Positions 7,448-15,826 of a DNA stretch of 64,000 nucleotides are shown here, piece by piece. How positions within the stretch are numbered: the stretch's first letter is position 1; the number at the start of each line of letters is the position of its first letter. The translations under genes and the position numbers were made by a program. The DNA comes from Candidatus Methylomirabilia bacterium (GTDB taxonomy: Bacteria; Methylomirabilota; Methylomirabilia; Rokubacteriales; CSP1-6), in NCBI GenBank assembly GCA_046758965.1, contig JBHIBG010000004.1, positions 1 to 64,000 on the forward strand, given 5' to 3'. The notes under the pieces are model-generated. The model saw only the letters and a list, made by a program, of their open reading frames with translations, had not been told where the DNA came from and ran no database searches.

Positions 7448-9724
7448 ATGAAGCAGACAGCGAGCAGGACGAGGTGGTTCCTGACAGCCTTGGTCTGTCT
7501 AACCCTCTGGCCCGGACCCGGCTTTTCCCAGAACAGGGCCTGGGAGAACTATATGGCCACAGGGAAACAGGCATACGAGCAAGGCCGCTATGCTGGCGCG
7601 GAGAGCTCTTTCCAAGCCGCCGTCAAGGAGGCGGAGAAGTTCGGGCCAGAAGATTCCCAGTTGGCCACCAGCCTTAACAGCCTGGCCGAGGTCTACGATG
7701 CCCAAGGCCGGTACGCCGAGGCCGAGCCGCTCTTCAAGCGGGCCCTGGCGATCCGGGAGAAAGCCCTGGGGCCCGAGCACCCCGAGGTGGCTCTCAGCCT
7801 CAACAACCTCGCGGTGCTCTACCAGGCCCAGGGCCGGTACGCCGAGGCCGAGCCCCTCCAAAAGCGCTCGCTGGCGATCATGGAGAAGACGGCGGGCCAC
7901 GACCACCCCCACGTGGCCACGAGCCTCAACAACCTCGCGCTGCTCTACCAGGCTCAGGGCCGATACGCCGAGGCCGAGCCGCTCTTCAAGCGGGCCCTGG
8001 CGGTCCGGGAGAAAGCCCTGGGGCCCGAGCACCCCGAGGTGGCAAAAAGCCTCAACGACTTGGCGGTGCTCTACCGGGCCGAGGGCCGGTACGCGGAGGC
8101 CTCGCCGCTCTCCAAGCGGGCGCTGGCAATCCAGGAGAAAGCCCTGGGGCCCGAGCACCCCGAGGTGGCTCTCAGCCTCAACAACCTGGCGCTGCTCTAC
8201 CAGGCCCAAGGCCGGTACGCTCAGGCCGAGCAGCTCTACCGGCGAGCCATCGCCGTCCACGAAAAGGCGTTGGGACCGGACCGCCCGGGTCTGGCCAGGC
8301 ATCTAAACAGCCTGGCGATGCTCTACCAGGCCCAGGGCCGGTACGCGGAGGCCGAGCCGCTTTTCAAGCGCTCGCTAGCGGTCCAGGAGAAGGTCCTGGG
8401 CCTGGACCACCCCGACGTGGCTCTCGGCCTCAACAACCTGGCGGTGCTCTACCAGGCTCAGGGCCGATACGCCGAGGCCGAGCCGCTCCTCAAGCGGGCC
8501 CTGGCCATCCATGAGCAGGCCCTGGGGCCCGAGCACCCCGACGTGGCCACCACCCTGAACAACCTGGCGGACGTCTATCAGGCCCGGGGCTGGTACGCCG
8601 GGGCCGAGCCGCTTCACAAGCGGGCGCTGGCGATCCGCGAGAAGGTCCTCCGCCCCACGCACCCCCACGTGGCTCTCAGCCTCAACAACCTGGCGGAACT
8701 CTTTCAGGCCCAGGGCCGGTACGCGGAGGCCGGACCCCTTTACCAGCGCTCGCTGGCGATCATGGAGAAGACTCTGGGGCCCGAGCACCCTGACGTAGCC
8801 ACCAGCCTCAACAACTTGGCGTTGATCTACCAGGCCCAGCATCAGTACGCGAGGGCGGAGTCACTCTATAAGCGATCGCTGGCGATCATGGAGAGGGCGC
8901 TGGGTCCGGACCACCCCGCCGTGGCCCAGACTCTGGAGAACTTCGCCGCGCTGCTCTGGAAGATTGACCGGCCGGCCGAGGCGGCAAAAGCAGAGGCCCG
9001 CGCGACGGCGATCCGCGCCAGGCATGCCCAGGGGAACCCAGTACACGCGATGCACCCGTGGATGAAGTGGGGAGCCCAATATGCGACTCCCGGACTCCAG
9101 TTGACCCTGCGAGAAGTCGAGCGCACTAGAGTGGGCGGCAGGACTGTGGTCAGCTACCAGCTGGTGGCATCAGGGTTCCCGACCGACAAAACCTACAACC
9201 TCTGGCTCTACTCGTTCGCTCGACTAGCGTATGGTCTCAAGCCGGTCCGCGCCCGTGCCACGAACGGCTCCCTCCTTGAATACCGCATCGATGCGTCGGG
9301 AACCATTTTACCGCCCGTCCCGTTGTTTAGGACGTTCGCCGCAAAGGGAGAGTGGTTTGAGGTCGCGCTCATTTCCACTGATCAGGCTGTTAAGGCCTTC
9401 GCAGAAGCTATTCCGTTCCCTGTCGAGGCGAGAGAAGGCCCTTGCCGTCTCTGGTTGAGAGCTCTATCGCTGGAGGGGGATACATTTTCTGTATACGGCG
9501 AAGGGTTTGAGCCGGATGAAGAGGTTACGATCGTGTCGCGCTCCGATGGGAGAGTCCTCGAAGGCCGGCAGAAAGTATCCCGTGACGGTACGCTGCCGCC
9601 CAACCTCACTACGCCAGCTGTGGTCGGTAAGCGATCCGGTACCGCAAGCTACATCGTCAGCGGCAAGTCCTGCAGGCTAACGGTGCAGTATGAGTGGGGA
9701 CCCGCCGCGCTTAGAAAGCAGTGA
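7448..9724 (+). CDS. Exported TPR protein (kinesin-light-chain-type 42-aa repeats) with an unrecognised C-terminal domain
   Basis: Signal peptide; ten AxSLNNLAxLYxAQGRYAEAEPLxKRxLAIxEKxLGPEHPxV repeats; about 230-aa non-repeat tail. Confidence 0.92.
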   Translation: MKQTASRTRWFLTALVCLTLWPGPGFSQNRAWENYMATGKQAYEQGRYAGAESSFQAAVKEAEKFGPEDSQLATSLNSLAEVYDAQGRYAEAEPLFKRALAIREKALGPEHPEVALSLNNLAVLYQAQGRYAEAEPLQKRSLAIMEKTAGHDHPHVATSLNNLALLYQAQGRYAEAEPLFKRALAVREKALGPEHPEVAKSLNDLAVLYRAEGRYAEASPLSKRALAIQEKALGPEHPEVALSLNNLALLYQAQGRYAQAEQLYRRAIAVHEKALGPDRPGLARHLNSLAMLYQAQGRYAEAEPLFKRSLAVQEKVLGLDHPDVALGLNNLAVLYQAQGRYAEAEPLLKRALAIHEQALGPEHPDVATTLNNLADVYQARGWYAGAEPLHKRALAIREKVLRPTHPHVALSLNNLAELFQAQGRYAEAGPLYQRSLAIMEKTLGPEHPDVATSLNNLALIYQAQHQYARAESLYKRSLAIMERALGPDHPAVAQTLENFAALLWKIDRPAEAAKAEARATAIRARHAQGNPVHAMHPWMKWGAQYATPGLQLTLREVERTRVGGRTVVSYQLVASGFPTDKTYNLWLYSFARLAYGLKPVRARATNGSLLEYRIDASGTILPPVPLFRTFAAKGEWFEVALISTDQAVKAFAEAIPFPVEAREGPCRLWLRALSLEGDTFSVYGEGFEPDEEVTIVSRSDGRVLEGRQKVSRDGTLPPNLTTPAVVGKRSGTASYIVSGKSCRLTVQYEWGPAALRKQ
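7664..8923 (+). repeat. Ten tandem 126-bp coding repeats (TPR)
   Basis: 126-nt periodicity of 'ctcaacaacct...gccggtacgc...gggcccgagcacccc'. Confidence 0.9.
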
Positions 9725-9891
9725 CGCCTCGGCAGGCTGCGTCGTGGATAAGGGCGTGCGTGGATTCCTCGGGGTTACTCTCCTGTCGCGCGCTGGATCG
9801 GCGAGAGGTGTCTCGCACCCTTTCGGAGGGCTGGCGGGCGTTACCGGGTCACTGATGAGGAGTTCAAGCGCTTTCGAACTGCCCACCCTCT

Positions 9892-10266
9892 CTAAGGCCC
9901 TGCTTCTCGCGAGAACACGTCGGAGGAGTGCACCCGCACCCGATAGTCGACCCCAGCGGCGGGCACCGGCACCTCGACGTACCTGCGCTCACTCAGCGGC
10001 AGGACACTGCCGAAGTCGCCGATGGTCCTGCCGACCGGTCGGCCGGAGCTGTCCAACTCCTCCACCAGGAGCTGGAGGTCCGCAGCTCAGAAGTCGTGGT
10101 CGTTGTAGATGTAGCCAGTGATTGCGGGGCGCCCGCTCCTCGATTGTGTCACTTCCCGCTCCGGGCGGAGAGATTCTTCCGAGGGAGTGCCGAAGTTCTG
10201 AGCCTCGCACACGCCACTCCCGAGGACGATCGCAATCTCCGCTGTGGCAACACTCTTCACGTCCAT
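9892..10266 (-). pseudogene. Degraded paralog of the FxLYD-like gene at 4200
   Basis: MDVKSVATA...ITGYIYNDHDF*AADLQLLVEELDSSGR...; in-frame TGA at 10087-10089 where the paralog has Trp. Confidence 0.85.
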
Positions 10267-10452
10267 AGCCTCCCTCGGGCTTCCGGCTCGCTCGGCTCAA
10301 TCATGTGAGGCGATTCAGAGCCGGGATCTGATCCACTTGACGACGTGCCGAGAGACGCTCGATCGGGCCAGGCGGCCAGGGATCGAATAAAAAGCCGCGT
10401 GGACGGTCAACCGGGCGCCCTGAAAGAGTGAGGGCACCAGTGCGGCAGAAGG

Positions 10453-11634
10453 TTATTTGCTGATTGTGATGGCTGGGGCTCCAATCTTAGAGACGTCCGT
10501 CACCGTCATCTGAAAGAGCTGATAGAGGAGCGTGAAGGTCTCGCGGTCCCACCCCGTATCTCCAACCGAGTAGTACCGGCCGCTGTACAGGATTCGCGGA
10601 ATCCTCTCCGCTGGCGGAGAGTCGGTCACCATGATGGCGAGCGCCTGCCGGGGGTTTCGGCCCACCTCCCCCGTGCGCGGGTCCTTCTCCACATCGTACT
10701 CCGGAGTCTCGCTAATCCCTCCGGCCACAAAGGCGAGGACCGTATATAGGCTCCGGAGCTTGATGCCGCCGAAGATCGGGAAGTCGCCTCCCGGATGACC
10801 CGGGCGAACATCCACGAGGACGAAGTTGCTCGGGTTTGCCGCGGCCCGGGCGTTGAGAGCCTGGCGCTCGGCATTAGTGAGCGTTCGCGGGTCGTAGTTG
10901 GTGACGGTCACGCGCCCGGTCGTGAGCCTCGTGAGCTCGTATGTACCGTCGTCTGCCAGCCGCCGCCAGCGGTAGCCCTTTTCGACTGCGCTCATCAGCT
11001 CTCCGGCGGAGGGCGCGCCCGCCAGTTTCGTGCGGAGTGTCTCCTCGAAGGAGAGGGTCCCGACAAACAGGTTACGGGTGGCATTGAGCCAGGCGAGATG
11101 CATGGCTCGGCGGCGGAACTCCTCGTACTCCTCCGGGTGAGTCGGCCGGTTCAGGATGAATCGCTGGAAGGTTCCGTCCCGGTTCTGCACCTCAATCCCG
11201 TCTGCCATGAGGCGTATCACCATGTCGATGGGCGCACCCTGAAAGACGAGAAACTGGAACTTGCTCTCGTCCACCGGGGTCAGTATGCGCGTGGTGAACT
11301 CCTCTCCTTGGATGGGGACGATGCTGAGGGTGGGGTTCTCGGCCGCGCTGGCGCCCAAGGCCAACGAATACGAGTCGAACCCGGAGGACTTCAGAAAGTT
11401 CCCGACGAAACCGGCACTCGCCCGGTAATCGAAAGTCGCTGTGATGCTCGACGTTACGGTGAAGTGCGCCGGGAGATCGTGGTAGATACGGGCGACGTTG
11501 AGGAGTAGCATCTCGGTCTCGAGGCGACTGACGGTCTCATCGTACCCCAGGACCGCCTCGTGGAGCACCACGGGGCCGAGGCAACCGGTGAGGGCAAAGG
11601 CCCAAAGCAGTCCAACCAGGAGAAGAAGTCGCAC
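10453..11634 (-). CDS. Hypothetical lipoprotein
   Basis: 393-aa ORF, lipobox LTGC, GAGGAG RBS, upstream TTGACC-17-TAGGCT. Confidence 0.85.
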   Translation of the reverse strand: MRLLLLVGLLWAFALTGCLGPVVLHEAVLGYDETVSRLETEMLLLNVARIYHDLPAHFTVTSSITATFDYRASAGFVGNFLKSSGFDSYSLALGASAAENPTLSIVPIQGEEFTTRILTPVDESKFQFLVFQGAPIDMVIRLMADGIEVQNRDGTFQRFILNRPTHPEEYEEFRRRAMHLAWLNATRNLFVGTLSFEETLRTKLAGAPSAGELMSAVEKGYRWRRLADDGTYELTRLTTGRVTVTNYDPRTLTNAERQALNARAAANPSNFVLVDVRPGHPGGDFPIFGGIKLRSLYTVLAFVAGGISETPEYDVEKDPRTGEVGRNPRQALAIMVTDSPPAERIPRILYSGRYYSVGDTGWDRETFTLLYQLFQMTVTDVSKIGAPAITISK

Positions 11635-11741
11635 GGAAGGCTCCTCAAACCGGTCATCCTCCGCTCACCGGGGCGGTGGAGGAAACGGTGCGGCTAGCCT
11701 AGCCCGAAGAGCGGGTAGGGTCAAGCAGCCTCTCCACCCTC

Positions 11742-11771
11742 TTGACAGCGGCCAGGCGGGTGACGTAGAGT
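11742..11771 (+). promoter_or_regulatory. sigma70 promoter driving a long structured leader
   Basis: TTGACA-18 nt-TAGAGT. Confidence 0.55.
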
Positions 11772-12000
11772 CGGGGCTCCCGGACGGGAGGTCGGCGAAT
11801 CGAGATCGGGCAGCTGGACACCCAGATCTCGGGGTGACGGCTCGGCTCGTGGGTATTGCGGTCCCAGAAGGGCCTGTCTCTATGACTCTCTGACGGACGA
11901 ATCAGCCAGGAAGAAGGATGCTCCGGTTACTCTCGACAACCGGCACGTGGCGGGGCGGCATCGGCCCCAATGCCGGCGCCGACCAGTCAGCGAGGATGCC

Positions 12001-12150
12001 ATGATCGAAACACTCATCGAGACCATCCTGGCGTTCTCGCTGGCGATCCTGATTGCCAGCGGCGGTCTTTTGCTTCGTCGCCTCTGGTCGGAACGGGAAA
12101 GGCCCAGCTACCGAAGAAGCCCAGGAGATGAGGCGGTCTTCCGAGCGTGA
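12001..12150 (+). CDS. Small single-pass membrane protein
   Basis: MIETLIETILAFSLAILIASGGLLLRRLW; GAGGA RBS. Confidence 0.6.
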   Translation: MIETLIETILAFSLAILIASGGLLLRRLWSERERPSYRRSPGDEAVFRA

Positions 12151-12171
12151 GGTCGGGACAAGCGCTCGCCG

Positions 12172-12696
12172 TTACTCCTGTGGCTTGGACGGCTTGACGT
12201 TCAAGACCTTGATCTGGAAGTAGAGGGTTTTCCCCGCGAGGGGATGGTTCACGTCGAGGATGACGGTCTTCTCTCTGATCTCTTTGACGCGGACTAGTCT
12301 GGTCGTACCGTCGGGGCTCTTCGCCACGAGCACAGTCCCGACCCTCAGGGCGCGCGGCGGGAGTGTCTCCTTTGGCACTTCCGCCACTGCTGCGGGGTTC
12401 ACGAAGCCATAGCCGTCTTCGGGCCTCACGGTGACCTGTTTTTCCTCACCGGCCCGCATGCCGTTTAAGGCGGTCTCGAGACCGGGGATGATCTGGCGTT
12501 GGCCGTGCGTATAGATCAGAGACTCTCGCCCTTGGGACGTTTCCAGCACCTTCCCGGTCTCGTCCTTCAGCGTGTATTCGAGCTCGACCGTGGAACCGGT
12601 CTCGATGGCAGGAGTTGCGGCTCGCTCCTGGGCTTGAGCCTGGGCCACGCTCAGCGCCACCAAGAGGGTCGGTAGAGTCAGGAGCGCCCGTTTCAT
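12172..12696 (-). CDS. FKBP-type peptidyl-prolyl isomerase, SlyD-like, with signal peptide
   Basis: VELEYTL, IIPGLETAL, PEDGYG, LDVNHPLAGKTLYF. Confidence 0.9.
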   Translation of the reverse strand: MKRALLTLPTLLVALSVAQAQAQERAATPAIETGSTVELEYTLKDETGKVLETSQGRESLIYTHGQRQIIPGLETALNGMRAGEEKQVTVRPEDGYGFVNPAAVAEVPKETLPPRALRVGTVLVAKSPDGTTRLVRVKEIREKTVILDVNHPLAGKTLYFQIKVLNVKPSKPQE

Positions 12697-12889
12697 AGCT
12701 TTCCTCGGCGGACCTCGGCAGCAGTCACAGCTCGCGACCGGGGTTCTCGGCCCCGTCTGTCAGGAGGGTCCACTCGTCGGGCGGATCTGTCAGGAGGCGT
12801 ATCCCTGCCTCCCACGTGAGGTGCGGGTCCGGCCCCGCGAGAACCCCTCCCAGGGCCCCGGCTGAGGCCGGGCCTCGCGTCGGCCTCGA

Positions 12890-13198
12890 CTACCAGCGCG
12901 GGCTGCGTCCGCGGCCGCGCTGAAAGCCCTCGCGGCGCCCGCCCCGTCTGTCCAACGGCTTGGCCAGCTCAACCTTGATCTGGCGGCCGTCGAGCTCCTG
13001 GCCATTGAAACGCGAGACCGCCTGCTGTGCTTCCTCCGCCGTCTCCATCTCGACGAAACCGAAGCCGCGTGATCGACCGGTGTCGCGGTCGGTCACAACC
13101 GTCGCGGTCTCCACGTTGCCCACGGTGGAGAAGATCTCGCGGAGACGATCACTGGAAGTGGAAAACGAAAGGCCACCGACGAAGAGTTTGTGCGCCAT
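12890..13198 (-). CDS. RRM (RNP-1) RNA-binding protein
   Basis: KLFVGGL (RNP2), RSRGFGFVEM (RNP1), Gly/Arg tail; AAGGAGG RBS. Confidence 0.95.
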   Translation of the reverse strand: MAHKLFVGGLSFSTSSDRLREIFSTVGNVETATVVTDRDTGRSRGFGFVEMETAEEAQQAVSRFNGQELDGRQIKVELAKPLDRRGGRREGFQRGRGRSPRW

Positions 13199-14177
13199 GG
13201 GCGCCTCCTTGGCTGTCTTCCGCCTGTCACGCACGCCCCAGAACGCGGAAGAAGCACTGGAAACGCGGCCTGATGGGATGGCGGTTCCGAGGTCAACCGA
13301 GGATCGCACCAGACATTTAACAGTATACCGGACGGTGGCGTGCGAACGCCAGTTTTGCCAAGGCGCCACCCTGGGCTCCCTCTGCGACAGCTGCGGTACC
13401 TCGAAGATCGGGAGCGGAGGTATCGGTTGATATCGCATCGCTCGCACGCGTGTTCGACTGTCCACTATCGTGTCTCCCGGCGCCAACTTCCTGCTGCCGT
13501 CCTCAACGCGTCAATGGTCTTCCCAACCGTCATCACCGGGGCGCTCTCGGCGGCTTGAACAGCGCCCCCGGTCGGTCGGAGCAGCCCTGGATAGCGCTAC
13601 TCGACTCGGCTTATCAGGTACCCGACGACCGACGCCGCATCCTGTTGCCCAGAGGCCATCCCGCCATCTGCAATGGCGAGAAAACGCTTATTTAGAAGCC
13701 TCTTAGCAGCTAATCTCTCAAGGAGGCTCTGATTTCCATTCCCATCGCGTTCCGGGTGGGTGCAGGCACCGCTTCAGGGGGGTGTGATCGCGGTCGATCT
13801 CTGCGACGCACTCGTCCTGGCCGCGTGGCTGGTAAGCGGCCGGCTCAGGAGTCCTCTTCGCGGTCACGTTGTGGTATGGGCCTGGTTATCATCGGGCTGC
13901 TGCAGGCGCAATTGAACTTCTTATGTCCGGGGCATCGCGTTCGGTCTGGATCTGTACGCATCCCACGCGCTCTCGCGTTATCATGCTCCCAGCTACGAGC
14001 CGAGGGCGGCAGCACCGGTGGCTGGGCGGAGCCTTGCTCTCGAGGAGGACCCTGGACGGCGACTGTGACACCGAGCAGCGGGAGAAGATCGAGTCGGATC
14101 AGGCGGGCAGGGTGGTCTAACTGGAGCGCACCGGCACCTGATCGATGATCGATTTAGGATCCTGACAGGAGGCGGGC

Positions 14178-14705
14178 GTGAACCCGGGGGGGCATCTTGC
14201 CACGACCCTGATCCTGAGCGCCGTGGGCTACACGGCGACCGGGTCTGCGGAGCTGGCGGCGGGATGTTTTGCCGGTGGCTTCCTGATTGATGGGGACCAC
14301 TACGTGGACTATCTGGCCGTCGAAAGGCAGTGGCGCCGGCCGAGCCCGACCGCGTTTCTCCGCTACTACTTCACTCGCCGCCACCGAAAGATCGTCCTCC
14401 TCCTCCACTCAGTCGAGCTGATGGGGATGCTGGCCCTCCTGACCCTGGCATGGCCTCGCCCGGGACTCCTCGGCTACGTCGCCGGGGCGCTGCTCCACAT
14501 CGTCTTGGATATCCTGGTAAACGGGGAGTACGTGCTGAGGCGGCCGGTCCTCTTCTACAGCTTTGCGTATCGCGCCTCCAGGCGATTCGCCGCCGCCCAC
14601 CTAGAGGTTCGGCGAGCCGTCCCGTCTGAGGCTGAGCAGGTACCGATCCGGGAGTTCTTTACCTGGCGACCGTTAGAGCGTCGCCTTCGTCGAACGATGA
14701 AGTGA
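14178..14705 (+). CDS. Membrane protein, YdjM-like metal-dependent hydrolase motifs
   Basis: GGH, IDGDH, LLHS, LHIVLD spaced along hydrophobic segments; AGGAGG RBS. Confidence 0.75.
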   Translation: MNPGGHLATTLILSAVGYTATGSAELAAGCFAGGFLIDGDHYVDYLAVERQWRRPSPTAFLRYYFTRRHRKIVLLLHSVELMGMLALLTLAWPRPGLLGYVAGALLHIVLDILVNGEYVLRRPVLFYSFAYRASRRFAAAHLEVRRAVPSEAEQVPIREFFTWRPLERRLRRTMK

Positions 14706-14869
14706 GCCCCAGATGGCTCGGCTATAGGCTTGGGATCACCTGCGCGTGTGGCCGAGCCTTCGGCCCTGGATGCCATCGGCAGAGGAAAGGGGAGCCTGCT
14801 CCGCCCCCGGGTGCGAGCGTTCCCGACCGGGGCAGCAGGGGCGGCGGAGGCTACGATCTGTGCCTGAAA

Positions 14870-15583
14870 CTACTCGGTCGGGATGAAAAGCTTGATCGCT
14901 GCCCGACGGTTCCGAGCGCGCCCCCCTTGAGTCGTATTGTCGGCGAGCGGCCGGAGTTCCCCAAGGCCGATAGACTGGATGCGGTGGAGATCGACCCCCT
15001 TTCCGGCCAAGAAGCGTCTGACGGTTTCCACACGGCGCTGGCTCAATTCCAGATTGTAGAGCGCCGAACCCGCGCTGTCCGTGTGGCCCACCAGGTCCAC
15101 GCCGAGGTTGGGATTTTCCTTGAGCTCCTTCACCACGCCCACGAGCGCGTCCTGGCCTGCGGCGTCCAGCTCCCATTTGTCGAAGCTGAAGGTGATGACC
15201 ACTGTCTTCACGAGCTCGCGCTCGTACCGGTTCGCCAAGAAGCGCCGCAGGCGGCGGTCGGTCTCCTCAGCCATGGCCAAGGCCTGGTCGGCTATCTCCT
15301 CAGCCCGCTCGACTTTGGAGAGAGCCTGGTCTGCCGTGGAGGCGGCTTGGTCGGCTCGTGTCTTCGCCTCGTCCGCCGAGGAGCGTGCCTCCATCACCTG
15401 CGGGGCAATCCTGCTCAGCCGGGTCTTTTGCCGGCTGAGGTCGGTCTCCAATCTGCGGAGGCGTTGCTCGAGCCCCGTTTCGCTGGTCTGAAGCTCCTCT
15501 CGGACGAAGCTCCTGCTAGCGCAGCCGACCGCCAAAACCAACGCCCCAGCCACCACGGGCACGATCACGAATCGATGCGTCAT
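14870..15583 (-). CDS. OmpA-family lipoprotein with N-terminal coiled coil
   Basis: Lipobox AVGC; FSFDKWEL, GHTDSAG, YNLELSQRR, ARNRR. Confidence 0.92.
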   Translation of the reverse strand: MTHRFVIVPVVAGALVLAVGCASRSFVREELQTSETGLEQRLRRLETDLSRQKTRLSRIAPQVMEARSSADEAKTRADQAASTADQALSKVERAEEIADQALAMAEETDRRLRRFLANRYERELVKTVVITFSFDKWELDAAGQDALVGVVKELKENPNLGVDLVGHTDSAGSALYNLELSQRRVETVRRFLAGKGVDLHRIQSIGLGELRPLADNTTQGGRARNRRAAIKLFIPTE

Positions 15584-15766
15584 AGAGAATTGTCACCTCC
15601 TCTCCGGAGAAAGAATAGCTCACGAGGCTGCCAGACTTAGCCCAAAAAAAATCAATCCGTGGAGCTTCGGCCACCCGCTCCCCACGCCGGCTGGCCGCCG
15701 GGGGCCCGGCTCGTGCGCGTGCCCCACCGGTAGCCGCGCGAGGCCCACCAGGTGAACTCCGGGTCC

Positions 15767-15795
15767 TTGGCTTTCCGCCGATGGCTGCCTATACT
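15767..15795 (+). promoter_or_regulatory. sigma70 promoter
   Basis: TTGGCT-17 nt-TATACT. Confidence 0.6.
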
Positions 15796-15826
15796 GTGGG
15801 GGAGTGTCATGCGAGAGAGGTGAACC

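Noticed and set aside
7664..8923. Periodic DNA repeats as a possible CRISPR array
   Set aside because: 126-bp in-frame coding TPR repeats with no unique spacers and no cas genes
9850..9885. CTGATGAG as a hammerhead ribozyme core
   Set aside because: No GAAA after the putative stem II and no supporting stems
10087..10089. TGA as selenocysteine or Trp recoding
   Set aside because: Aligns to Trp, not Cys; TGA ends many genes here; other degenerative changes are present
15615..15636. sigma54 promoter for the OmpA gene
   Set aside because: GG-to-GC spacing is 11, not 10
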